Shown here one piece after another: positions 11,552 through 23,832 of a stretch of DNA of 64,000 nucleotides; position 1 is the first letter of the stretch, and each line of letters starts with the position of its first letter. Below the pieces are notes generated by a model, which saw nothing but the letters and a program-made list of their open reading frames with translations, was not told where the DNA came from and did not search any database. The stretch lies in the NCBI GenBank assembly GCA_964016885.1, contig OZ024740.1, forward strand, positions 326,554,001 to 326,618,000, read 5' to 3'. The stretch comes from Eledone cirrhosa. Taxonomy: Eukaryota. The position numbers and the translations under genes are program-made.

Positions 11552-14500
11552 TCACATGAAAACAGTTTGGCAGAACTTTTTGGGCCAGTGGACTCTCCGA
11601 CCGGAACGGGTCGTGGTCTTGTATGTAGGTGAAGGTGGGGCAGAAGGAGCAGGTGTATGCACAAGAGAGAAAGATTGGGGTATTTGTGGCTCGGGTGTAT
11701 GAGCGTAATTGTGTGCCCTTTTTAGTCTATCCACCGAAATTGTCTCTCTGGACCCCTTAGCGTCTACAGTGAAATGTTTGTCAGTACGTGCTAACACACG
11801 GTAGGGTCCAGAGTATGGTTGTGTGAGGGGTGGTCTCACAGCATCTTTCCTTACGAACACATGGGTCCACGAGGCAATATCCCTCGGGACCGCAGGTTTT
11901 ACAGTTTGTTTCCTCGTATCCATCGGCGGCAGGTCCTGAAAATAAGAACGCAGACGGGATACGTAGGAAAGCGGATCTTGGAAAGCAAGATCAACAGGGG
12001 CAAGCATTTGCCCAGGCAACGCTAGAGGAGCACCGTAAGGTAATTCGGCCGGGGAGAACCCCAGGTCCTCCTTTATTGATGACCGAATTCCTAACAACAC
12101 AATAGGAAGGTATTCGCTCCAACGTTGAGAGTCTGGATAGGCGCGAAGAGCGGCCTTTAATTGGCGGTGGACTCGTTCCACCATTCCGTTTGAAGCAGGA
12201 TGATAGGCTGTGGTCCGAATCCGTTGAGCTCCAATTATCTTTGTGAGCTCAGAGAATAGATGGGACTCGAATTGTCTACCACGGTCCGTGGTGACTGTAG
12301 TTGGTACCCCAAAGCGGGTAATCCACCCTGATACCAGGGCACGTGCTACAGTCTCGGCAGTCATATCTTGTAAAGGGATGGCTTCAGGCCATCGCGAAAA
12401 ACGATCGACACAGGTCAATATGTATGAATATCCACTGCTGAATGGCCAAGGTCCAACGAGGTCAATGTGTATGTGCTGAAACCGAGCATCAGGAATACTG
12501 AAAGTACCAAGTGGAGTCCGGATGTGTCTATGGATTTTCGATTTCTGGCAAGCGATGCAGGAACGGCACCAAGCAGCAATGTCGCGTTTCATATTTGGCC
12601 AGAAGAATCTGGCTGTTATGAGCTTTACTGTGGCAGCAAATCCTGGGTGAGAAATGTTGTGCAAAGCCAGAAACACAATTCGACGGTGAGTCTGAGGAAC
12701 AAGTGGTCGTGGTGAATCCGTAGATACATCACATAGAATCTGCCTGTCGGTGGTGGACAAGGGCAGATATTTGAAAATGCAAGTCGCAAATTCAGCAGAA
12801 AGAGTGTCCAACGATTGGAGTGCAGGTTGGTCTGCAGCTAAACGACCTAAGTCGATCTCCTGGGATGACGAGATGGAGCTGATTGGCAAACGTGACAATG
12901 CGTCTGCAGCTATGTTATGCGAGCCAGCAATGTGCTGGATATCGTTTGTAAATTGTGAAACGTAGTCCAGGTGCCTTGTCTCTCTGGGCGAATATCTGTC
13001 GGCTTTAGCCCTCAAAGCGAAGGTCAACGGTTTGTGGTCGGTAAAAACTGTAAAGTTTCTCCCCTCAAGAATATGAGAGAAATGTTTCACCGACAGATAT
13101 ATGGCTAATAATTCCCGCCCAAACGTCTGGTTTCAGCTTCCTCGAGAAAAATGCCAAAGGTTGTTGGTTTCCAGCGTAGAACTGCTGTAAAACTGCTCCC
13201 ACAGCGGTATCAGATGCATCAACACAAAGCGAAAGCTTGGCCTCTGGTACCGGGTGGGCTAGCAAAGATGAACTAGCGAGTGCTGTCTTGGCAGTCTGGA
13301 AGTCTTGAAGCTGTCCTTGTGTCAAGGAAATATCCTCATTCTTCTTACGACGATTTTTTAAAATGTCAGTAAGGGAAGATACCAAATTAGCACAATGAGG
13401 AACGAAACGCCTATAGAAATTGATTAGGCCTAAGAAGTGACGCAACTGGTGAAGTGTAGTAGGCGGAGGTAACTCCTGTATGGCTTGAACTCGCTGAGGG
13501 AGCGGCCTAATACCTTTGGCGTCGATGAGGTGGCCTAAAAAATTTAGGGAAGTGGAACCGAAAACACACTTTGCTGAATTCACACGAACGCGGTAATCCT
13601 GAAGTCACCGAAATAAGAGATGCATGTGGCGCATATGCTCTTCCGGAGAGGAACTAGCGACGAGAATATCGTCTATGTAAGCATAAACGAAGTCCAGACC
13701 ACGAGTGACCTCGTCTATGAACCGCTGAAAAGTGCTAGCGGCGTTCCTGAGTCCGAAAGGCATGGTAAAAAATTCGAAGAATCCGAAAGGGGTTGTAATC
13801 GCCGTTTTCGGAATATCCTCCTTCCTGGCCGGAATTTGGTGGTAGACTCGCACTAAATCTAGCTTTGAAAAAATCTTACACCCCTGCAGTGAAGATGCAA
13901 AATCCTGGAGATGGGGAATGGGATACCTATCCGGGACGGTCATGGCATTTAACCTCCTATAATCCCCAGTGGGTCTCCAGTCGCCGGAAGTCTTGGGCAC
14001 CATGTGTAACGGTGAAGCCGGTAAGCGGCGTGGACGCGAAAACACTGGAGCACCGGTGGTGGAAACGAAATGTTCGGTCGAGTGTGTTGGCTCAGTGACT
14101 CGAAAATTTCCATCCGTGAGCTCCGGGAAAGAACCCAGCAACGAATGGTAGGCGTCTCCAGCGGCAGCGATGAAGAATATGGGGCTGACTATTGGAGCAT
14201 TGGCTTCCTGGCCATGAATTGAAAAACCGGTGATGTTATCCACCAGGTGTTGGCCACGGACGTCCACAGTCAAAGAGAAGTTGTGTAGGAAATTCGCTCC
14301 TAAGATGGGGGTATGGCAAATCGGCAACCGTAAAAATCCACTTAAAATCCCTACGAAGATTTAGGAATTTGAGAGGAAGCGAGATTTGCCCGTACGTCTT
14401 TATAGACGAGTGGTTAACTGCCTGCAGCGTAACAGATGACTCTATGGGGTATCTTTCAGGCAATGGACCGGCAAAAATACTACAGGAGGCTCCTATATCC

Positions 14501-14625
14501 ACGAGGAAACCTCTTCCCGACATTAGGTCCTTAATGAATAAATGGCGGTTTGGTGGCTTTATGTTGAGGTCAACTGTCCCCATCAGCGGACCTCTTAGGC
14601 GTTTCCCGCCTTGTGAAACGAGCAA
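11552..14625 (-). pseudogene. pol: pol polyprotein (protease LVDIGAS, RT YIDD, RNase H DAS/TDHKPL, integrase HHCC + DDE), frameshifted
   Basis: ORF pieces 14236-14625, 13605-14327, 13065-13583, 11552-13090; apparent internal deletion in RT (RPRRLP|ASPLHMV). Confidence 0.93.
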
Positions 14626-15390
14626 GGTTGCACGCAGTAGTTCGCGCTCTCAGCAAATCGCTCGTGGTACCAGCATAAAGATGAAGCTGGGGATTTTGAA
14701 CGACGTCTAAAACTTTGCGATCTCCCGCGACTGCGGGGGGCGCGAACGGGCACCACACAAGGCCTTCATCTTGTGGAGCTCTATGGTGAGTTCCTGAATG
14801 GACTTTTGCATCGCCATAATGGTTGAGCTGTCTATTGGTGCTGCCGCGTAGATGGCATGGCCGAGTGTGGCCCGAGCTGGGTGGTGAACAGCGGCAAGGG
14901 GTTCGCTGCCTCCGGCACTCGTCACCTCGAAAACTTTGTCCGCAGAGGCGGCAAGCTGATCCACCGTGCTTGTATCCCTCATGGGGGCCAAAATTGCCTG
15001 TACGTTGGTCGGCAGGCGCGATAAGAACAACTGCTTCAACAGGGCAGTTTCCGCTACCGACCCCTCCGTTAGGTCCTTCATTCGCCTTAGGAGGTTCGAT
15101 AGGGTGCCATCCCCTATATGCTCCAGATGGACCAAAGCCCTAAACCTTTTTTCTGAAGACTGTTCTGTCCGGCTGAGTATTTCAGCCTTCAGAGACGTGT
15201 ACGTCGAGTCCGTGGGTGTCTCTAACACCAGGTCCTTAATCGCTGGGAGAATTGCCGGCGGAATTGCACTAAGGACCAGAGGACGTTGTAGTGCCTCGTC
15301 AACTCTGTTCGCCTCGAAAAATGCTTCGAGTTGGGCGAACCATAGCCTTACATCGCCCGTGTACGTTGGCAGAACAGAGTGAGAAGCCAT
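14620..15390 (-). pseudogene. gag: gag (LWFAQLEAFF..., CHCC knuckle in a shifted frame)
   Basis: ORF 14707-15390 plus CWYH..C..C at ~14620-14680. Confidence 0.88.
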
Positions 15391-15578
15391 TGGTATACCG
15401 TTGGTAATTTACCAAGAACAAAAAAAAAATAATAATCGTCTCCGTTTGGAAAAATGTCTCCAACACAACAGAAAAGGAAAACAAAATCGGTTATTTTTCT
15501 GTCAAACAACTGGACCGGAAAAATAATGCATCCGGGACAATATGCAAAGAAGCGACTAACTGAATGATGTTATTACTA

Positions 15579-15760
15579 AGGTGGATTGGCAGTATCGGTA
15601 GAGAGTCGGACGCCATGCTTTCCAGCATAGTTACGTCCCTTTACGGTCTGAGTTCAAATCCCGTCGAGGTTAACTTTGCCTTTCATCCTTACGGGGTAGA
15701 TAAAATAAAGTACCAGTAATGTACTAGATAATTGCTGGCCTTGTGCCTTAAGTAGAAACA
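15579..15760 (+). mobile_element. Complete SINE inserted in the LTR element leader
   Basis: tRNA-like head ggtggattggcag..gagttcaaatccc; TSD gttattactaaggt at 15569-15582 and 15761-15774. Confidence 0.9.
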
Positions 15761-16057
15761 GTTATTACTAAGGTAAGGGCAAGGAACTTAAAACAAAATC
15801 CAACATGGCGGACTATTTCGCGCCAAAAACACTAATGATGGAGAAGAAAGCCTCCATCTTGTCATCCTCAAAATTTTTAGCCAGAGAAGAGAAGAGCAGA
15901 AAAGGAGAGAAAAAAAAAGGCAAAAACATTCATACAATTGCTGTTTGTTTGTGTGTCAATAACTGTAGGTGTTCGTTTTGTATTAAATTTTTTTTTTCTT
16001 TCTTCTCTTTTTTTTTTTATATACACCTTGTACTATTTCCCATCTTTTTTTTTTAAA

Positions 16058-16076
16058 AATCATGTCGGAGGTACCA
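16058..16076 (-). other. Primer binding site, tRNA-Trp-like
   Basis: TGGTACCTCCGACATGATT versus canonical TGGTGACCCCGACGTGATT (15/19), 1 nt from the 5' LTR. Confidence 0.75.
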
Positions 16077-16077
16077 C

Positions 16078-16528
16078 TTTAGGAGATTAGTATCGGTGTA
16101 CATATATGCATTATCAGAAATGACAATAAATGCCGGTGTGTGTTGTGACAAGGTTTTACTTTACAGAAGTCAAATGGATTAATATAAATAAATGGTTACT
16201 CGTTGGTCACAACTCCTAGGCTGAAGTGTGTGGAGAAGAACAGAGATCTCTTGGAGGTGTTAACATCTTCTTAGGCTGCCGGTGGCATTTTTCTTGAGTG
16301 GCGAAGGAAATGAGAGAGGAGTCATCTCATGACAAGGTCGCAGGTGTTGTTAACACTTTGGGATTCAGGGAGTGAGAGAGAGAGATCGCCCTGACCTGTC
16401 CCTTTTATAGGGTCCGGAAGGAAGTGACAAAAAGGGTTCTGCCACCCCAACGGGAAGTAACTCCAGCTACTTCCTGTCTAGAGAGCGGTGATGTGATTGT
16501 CATAACAAGGGAGGCAACTCTTGCTACA
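16078..16528 (-). repeat. 5' LTR
   Basis: Direct repeat of 9864-10316 with scattered substitutions and small indels. Confidence 0.93.
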
Positions 16529-17130
16529 GATTTTATCATTCAATATTCAAATTGAATATTGTTATAATAAAATAAACATTGTAACAACACAATCCTGGTA
16601 TTATTCTTTGCATTGAAACCATTATACCAATAATTCCAATTATTCGTTACACATACATACGTGGTGAATAAGGCATAGATTTTCATAAAATACTTAAGTT
16701 TCAAGATGCTAGTTTTTCAGTAAGTGAATCGTATTATTCCAGATGATTCACTCGTTTCAGGGGAAACTCAATTCACGAGGCGGACTTTTCCTTAAGCTCA
16801 TGTATGGTGGTGGCATGTGGAAGAGATTTACTCCAATACACCTGAGTAGGTAATGATGGCAATGAATGCATTGGATTTCATTTCTAAGCAATGTGTTTAC
16901 GGAGTGTTTTTAAGAAATATGTTGAAAAAAAACACCGTTTTGGCGTATTAGCATTTAACTCCTGGTTGTTCTTACCATGTTTTGCCAGACTGAAGACTTA
17001 TTATTTCAGAATAATATACACAAACTAATGATTGAGGTTGGCCTAACACGAGTGAATCACATCCAAATAATGGGATTCACCTTAAACATTTAGCAAACAT
17101 GTATGTATAGTTTACCATGCATTTAATATA

Positions 17131-17356
17131 CAGGGTGAGTCATAAGTAACTGGGAAGTCCAACATTTATATTCTAAATGATAATATTTACTAAAATTCTG
17201 GTTATACATTACAAATTTACAAATACATTAAACAAAAGTAGATAACAAAAATATAGCTATGGCTGATCAAACACAAATAAGGAGTTTTTCAAAAAGTTAT
17301 CTGTGAACCTTGCAATAAAAATGCATTGACTGCCCAGTTACTTATGACTCACCTTG
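17131..17356. mobile_element. Tc1/mariner-type MITE
   Basis: TA|CAGGGTGAGTCATAAGTAACTGGG ... CCCAGTTACTTATGACTCACCTTG|TA. Confidence 0.88.
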
Positions 17357-18044
17357 TATATTATCTGTTTATGTTTCGAGGTCTTCCGTAATTACGAATT
17401 TATACTCTCGCTCACGCACAAATATATATCTACCATCTTGTTGTTTAGCTCCATGTTGACCCTGGTCGAGTAGATATATGACTAAAAGAGTTCTAAACAG
17501 ATCTGCCTGGAAGCTGGTGCTTCACTTTATCTCTACTCACATTGAAGTGCCTGCCTGTATTGGAAGTCACTATGATATTTTCAATAGACGTATCAGGTTA
17601 TGTGATATTATTGCTACGGGCCCTAGTGTATATTATTGGGGGTGGGTGATAACGTTGTAGTTTTCTTGTTTCAAAGGAAGCACTCTTCAGATTTACATAA
17701 CTGATTCTTTGATCCAGGAGAGAGATTAATCTAGATAGCTTCTATTATTTTAATTTTATTTCAACTGAACTGTATAGTAAACCTATTCGAGTTTCGGACT
17801 CTCTTAGGAAATATTTTTTCTTGTGGAAGAGCACGTGAAGAATGTCTTCTATTTCTGTGTAGGGTGTTAGCTGTTGCAATTACGTCTTGACAATTTTCTA
17901 CAATGCATATATGTTTTCTGTTTTCCACAATACTCCATTTTATTGAGACATTGTCAATTCATCTACTTCTAGATTTTCAAATATATTGGCACAGTTTGGG
18001 ACCCTGTGCTAATGAAAGAAATCTTTATTATTGTGGCGAATCAT

Positions 18045-18300
18045 GACGTGAAAGCAGGTGGTCTAGCATTCAGGGTGTTGGGCTTGCAGTCATACGCTCG
18101 TGGGTTCGATTTTCAGCAAATCGGGTGGTATGTGGTGTTTCAGCTCACTCTTATGAAAAAGATTACCAGCAACAGCTGGGGTTAAATTGTGAAGGACTGA
18201 CGTCGTGTATAGGAGGGGCGGTTTCTTGTATTCTGAGTTGCTTAATGCCACACGGAACCGTGACAAGCTCCAGTATTCGTCCAACCCATGCAAGTATGGA
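18045..18300 (+). mobile_element. Old tRNA-head SINE with conserved central domain
   Basis: ggtctagc/gggttcgat boxes; homologous to 41322-41555. Confidence 0.55.
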
Positions 18301-18505
18301 AGAACTGACGTCAAAAAGATACCTCTTTCACGAGAGCGAGGCGATATACCTGTTGTCTCTCATGTACTTATTAACAGAGTTATGTGTGATTAATTTCAGG
18401 ATTGTTATTGAAATATATTTCACTGCTATTGCGAAGCCATTTGGACTGAAAGCTGTAATCACGTAACGGCTATCTTTCAAGGCCACGACCCAGACCAAAT
18501 ATGAA

Positions 18506-18890
18506 CTTCTTCTTCTTCTTCTTCTTTTTCTTCTTCTTCTTCTTCTTCTTCTTCTTCTTCTTCTTCTTCTTCTTCTTCTTCTTCTTCTTCTTCTTCTTCT
18601 TCTTCCACCCGTATATCATATTTGTTCATTAAATCATATATAATATTTTTCTTTTATTGTTATCACATTTAATATTTTCAAATTTTCATTTTTAATTCTT
18701 GTCTATCATTTCTTCATTCATTCAGCTATAAGTTATCTTTATTTTTTTCTTTCTTCCTTCCTTTCTTTTTTCTCTTTTTTCTTTCTTTCTCTCTTTTACT
18801 TTCTTTCTTTCTCTCCCTTTTTCTTTCTTTCTCTCTTTTTCCTTCTTTCTCTCTTTTTTCTTTCTTTTTTTTTCTTTTTTTCTTTCTTGA
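18506..18890. repeat. (TTC)n and pyrimidine-rich tract
   Basis: Direct reading. Confidence 0.9.
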
Positions 18891-19191
18891 AAAATAAAGA
18901 AAATAAGATCATTATATTCTTATTCTTTTCCTCATTTCTTCACGTCTCTTCTATTGCCTCCTCTCTCCAGTCATATTATATCAGATGTCCCCAAAGCTGA
19001 TTACACACAGAGCTGTGACACAATTTACTAAAATATCTCATTATTTCCTACAAATCCCTACTTAAATCTCACGTTAATTAGTTTTCTTCTCATTTTCTTG
19101 TTGTTGTTTATTTCGTTTTTCAAGAAAGAAATATTATAATTTCGCATCATTGTCCTGGAGGAATGTTTCCGTATATATATATATATTTCGT

Positions 19192-19682
19192 ACAGAGGCA
19201 GTAAACATAAAAGAATTACAACCAAAATTAAATAGAAAATATGAGTGGAACAGCAACATCACAACTTACAATTAAGGACAAAATGAAAACACACACACAC
19301 ATAGAACAAACAACCAACCAACAACATGTAAATAAATAAACAAATAGATAAATGAACACAAACACACACAGACACCCGGATGCGGCGCATGCGCAAACTG
19401 AGCACACAACACACACACAGTAACAAAATGGCGTAGGACAGAAGAAAGGAAAGGCACAGAAACAAAGAAAGGAATCCCCAGTCACTGAAGAGGTCACAGA
19501 GTGTGTGACGAAAGGACTATGACTATATATAAACAACTATCTGGTTGTGGAACCAACCAACCAACCAGAAATTTATAAATTTGTAGATTTGTAAATTTAT
19601 AAATTTATAAATATATAATAAATTGAAGTGAAAGCAACTGGTGCGTGTGTTTCTTATTGGCAACATGACCCTCCCAAAGTAT

Positions 19683-19690
<8 letters not shown>
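19192..19690 (+). mobile_element. Solo pseudo-LTR / 3' end of PLE1 family
   Basis: Close match to 56238-56829; flanked by (TA)n on both sides. Confidence 0.93.
19480..19524 (+). ncRNA. Minimal type I hammerhead ribozyme (PLE1 pLTR)
   Basis: AGUCA-CUGAAGA-G-GUCACA(GAGUG)UGUGAC-GAAA-GGAC-UA-UGACU. Confidence 0.8.
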
Positions 19691-19730
<40 letters not shown>

Positions 19731-19763
19731 ATATATATATATATATATATGTGTATATATATA

Positions 19764-19836
<73 letters not shown>

Positions 19837-19839
19837 ATA

Positions 19840-19902
<63 letters not shown>

Positions 19903-19919
19903 ATATATATATGTATATA

Positions 19920-19970
<51 letters not shown>

Positions 19971-20102
19971 ATATATATATATATGTGTATATATATATAT
20001 ATATATGTGTATACATATATATATGTGTGTATATATATATATACACATACGTACAAACACACACTATACACGCACACACACACATACATACACTTTCTCT
20101 CA

Positions 20103-20143
<41 letters not shown>

Positions 20144-20271
20144 TGTATATATATATATATATATACAGACACTCATACATACATATATGTATGGAACTCC
20201 TGGTGGAGTCATAGGGCCTCCGTACTGATATAAGGCGTGTCTTTGGGCACTTTTAAATCTGGTAGAGAGAG

Positions 20272-20325
<54 letters not shown>
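19690..20325. repeat. (TA)n/(CA)n/(CT)n compound microsatellite
   Basis: Direct reading. Confidence 0.95.
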
Positions 20326-20327
<2 letters not shown>

Positions 20328-20627
20328 CTCTGATTATTTAATTTATTAATTCATCATTGAGCCACATCGTGAATGGTTGCCAAAACATATATATCTGTGA
20401 CTTTGTCTAGTTTGTGTATATGTAAATCTTTATATTTAATAATCTCCCATAAGGTTGAGATGCAATTTGGGCAATATTGGGCTGCGCTTTCTAGCAACCA
20501 GCCCACTTGCCGTAAGCAACCAATCACATTCTTTCTGACTTGACCACTGCCACGTCACAGTTCTTAGCCATTTTGAATTCGTTTCTGGCGGGGATCACTT
20601 AAGAAAATTCTTTGTCCAAATGAGTTT

Positions 20628-20708
20628 GTTTCCTGATGAGTTCGAAGCTCGAGATTTTATCCTTAATAGGATAACTCCGAAAGCGAACGAAACCCTAATG
20701 GTAGAAAC
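20628..20708 (+). ncRNA. Type I hammerhead ribozyme with long stem II insertion, in a non-coding element between (TA)n (20326-21000)
   Basis: GUUUC-CUGAUGA-GUUCG..CGAAC-GAAA-CC(CUAAU)GG-UA-GAAAC. Confidence 0.85.
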
Positions 20709-21000
20709 GTAATCCTGGTATGTGTATATGTATTTTTCTTCTAACCTTAATTTTATACCTAATTGTGTATGGTTGATGGTATATTTAATCGATTTCCACG
20801 TGCTATTGAAATGTTGGGTAAATATTCTATAGCGGTTGGTCGCGAATAGATTGCTGTCGTTTATTTATTTACTATTTCTTCATAGGTGCCTTTTAATCTT
20901 ATAGCCTGGTCTAATTGATTTTTTGTGTGGTTAATTATGCTAATTGGGAGAGGAAATGGTGTATATATATTATCAAATGATTCTATGGACATACTTTATA

Positions 21001-21086
<86 letters not shown>

Positions 21087-21187
21087 GAATAATTGATCCA
21101 AGTACCGAACTGGTACTGTTTATCGACATAGAAAGGATGAAAGGCAAATTCTATCAGAACGTAAAGCATATTGTCCGATGCTATATC

Positions 21188-21619
21188 TAACATAACGTTT
21201 GGCGCCCCCGATGTCTTAACGGCGATAAACGAAATTAAATACGACTCAGCAGTAGGCCCTAGTCGGTGCCCTGCTAGTGTGCTGATAGTGCGTCGACACC
21301 AACTTGCATCTCCACTAGCTAAACTGTGGAGAAACTCACTTGACAATGACTATATCCCTGAAAATTGTCTGTCCCAGTCTGTGTCTCGGGTTTCAAAAAG
21401 GGAAACAAATCCCTTACAGTGAATTACCATCCGATCTCACCCAACTCTTATATCATTAAGGTATTTGAGAGAGGGGTGAGATCAAGAATAACTCACTTCC
21501 TCGAAAGTCACAATCTACTGAACTCCAACCAACATAGGTTCCGTAATGGCATAAACTGCCTTACGCAGCTTCTGAATCAATTTGATGACATTCTAAAAGC
21601 TATGGCAGAGGGCTCCAAC
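21188..21619 (+). mobile_element. CR1-type LINE RT N-terminal fragment
   Basis: LASPLAKLWRNSL, FKKGNK..NYHPIS..IIKVFER..NQHRFRNG..CLTQLL; SINE (-) immediately upstream at 21085-21187. Confidence 0.85.
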
Positions 21620-21681
<62 letters not shown>

Positions 21682-21682
21682 C

Positions 21683-21778
<96 letters not shown>

Positions 21779-21790
21779 CCTATCTTATCT
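21620..21790. repeat. (CTAT)n microsatellite
   Basis: Direct reading. Confidence 0.98.
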
Positions 21791-22004
21791 GGGATGGACA
21801 CACGCGTATACCTTGCTGAGTAAGTTCTGTTTAAATTTATATAGAAATTCTTGTCTGTAAACTTTAATTTTTGTACCATTTTGTAGAGGGACTGCCAGGT
21901 CAAACTTTGATCTGGTCAGTCTCTCAAAATATTCTACGCCTTTAGGCGAAATAGTTAAACAAAAAAGTTTTTTTGTTGTTGTTGAAAAGTTAACATTTTT
22001 TAAA

Positions 22005-22190
22005 ATGGCTGAAGCTTCTTCACCAAAATTCGAAGGAGGAAAGGGGAAGATAAGCTTACAGCTTCCCCCTGCCACTGTCACAGTAGCAGAGGTCAAAAAC
22101 AAAGGTCAGCCAGAGGAAGGATTTTCTCCACCTGCTGACCGACAACTTGACGTTGCCATGGCAACAAACCAAAGAACCAGCGGCACCAGC

Positions 22191-22226
<36 letters not shown>

Positions 22227-23808
22227 ACGGACGAAAACAACACCAATAACAATAACAACAACAACAAGACCAATAACTGTGATAACAACAACAATGATAA
22301 CAACAACACCACCAACTACAACAGCAACACAAACAAGGAAAAAGTCTCCTTCGCCCAGACGGCAAGGAAAACCCTCGACTATCTGCCAGTAGATATAACC
22401 AAAGCGAAGGAGCTACTGGCAGAGGCAAAAAAATACATAATGTACGGGGAGAATGGTGCGTTTTCGATCCACTCCCCCCCCGGAGCTAAAAAGCAAGAAA
22501 CTCCTAAACACTGTCATGTTTAGGACAATCTCAAATAAAAGAAAAAAACCAGCTCAACCATCACAGAGTGAGATAGAGCTGGTTTTAAAGGACGTCATGA
22601 GGGACGTCACATTTATTCAGAAGGATAGACTCTACGGGAGTCTATCCATTCTCATAAAGGACAGGGACACAGCAGTGAAACTGTCCATCAAACCAATTAC
22701 AATCCACCGCATACACCTTCTACCCTACGTACATGGGTAGAAGGACACAAAAAATAAAAATCCACATCATCCTGCCGATTATGGACATATGGTGGGTTTT
22801 GACAGGTTTCCTGAACCTGGATGATGACACGCTGGTGTCCATGGGAAAGACATCGGGTGACGCGTTCAGTGGAACGAGCCTCAAACTTGTAGTTCAAATG
22901 AGGCCCGAAAGGATCGCCCAGATCCCTGAACGCGTCATACTGGATGATCAAACTTTCATCAACGTTACCGTTGAGGATAGGTGGCCCTCGTGTTACCTCT
23001 GTGGAACCAGAGGTCACATGAGGGCTGTCTGTCCCCAACTTAATAAGAAAACCCCAATCCTGCCTACACCACCAACAACTGCACAACCAACACAATCACC
23101 ACAACTACCGCTACAAAAACAACAACCACAGCTCAAACCAAAACAGAACAATGTCCAACCCATCCCCCCCACTAAAAAAAAAACAATTTCCAAAACACCC
23201 GCACCGCAAACACAACCCGAAAATATACCCCTCCCCTCCAACGCGGAAGATGACCCTAGTTCGTCGTCAGACGAGGAGGAGCACTTCCACGCAATCAAAA
23301 GAAAAAAAAGAAAACACACCTCAGACACACAAATGAAAACAACCCCTCCCCAAAACATAACACTGACACCAACACAAAAGAGCTCACAACAACAGCAAAC
23401 AAAAAACACCACACAAAAACAAAAACATGCATACACATACATAAACACAAGAAACAAAAAACTGTTAAATATTGTGTACAACAACAATTTAATAAAAACC
23501 CAAGGGCCTGACTTCACCCAGGCAGGGGATTTCCCCCACCTCAAAATGATTAAGGCCCCACAGGACACTTATAAAACTTTAAAAAACAACTTTAAAGAGG
23601 ACGTGAGTCCCCCCTGCGTCGGGCCCATTAACCGCGTCCTCCTAAAAAACTACCCCACCCCCTCCCCAAACACCCACACAACTCCAAACACCCCAACCAC
23701 ACAACACACTGATGCCCCTACACTTCCACAAACCACCACCCCACCCAACAACCCATCCCCCACCTCATGGAAATTGTGCAGCCCGATACCCGGGACGCAG
23801 AGAGGTAA
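22005..23808 (+). pseudogene. Tx1 ORF1 (Gag-like, CYLCGTRGHMRAVC knuckle), frameshifted
   Basis: Pieces 22005-, 22453-, 22733-; true C-terminus probably MEIVQPDTRDAER* by homology to copy D. Confidence 0.85.
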
Positions 23809-23832
23809 GTGCCTTTTCTCTTCACCACCAAC

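Larger units (their letters stand above)
9864..16528 (-). mobile_element. Full-length, decayed Gypsy LTR retrotransposon, CsRn1-like clade
   Basis: Two ~450-bp LTRs, PBS, PPT, gag-PR-RT-RH-IN order, Gag CX2HX9CX3C (CWYHERFAESANYCVQPC) motif, tRNA-Trp-like PBS; TSD imperfect (tatt/gatt). Confidence 0.93.

Noticed and set aside
15579-15670. tRNA gene
   Set aside because: A/B-box-like head belongs to a SINE with TSDs; no cloverleaf could be built
16722-17081. Old MITE with imperfect ~40-bp inverted ends
   Set aside because: TIRs too degenerate and no clear TSD
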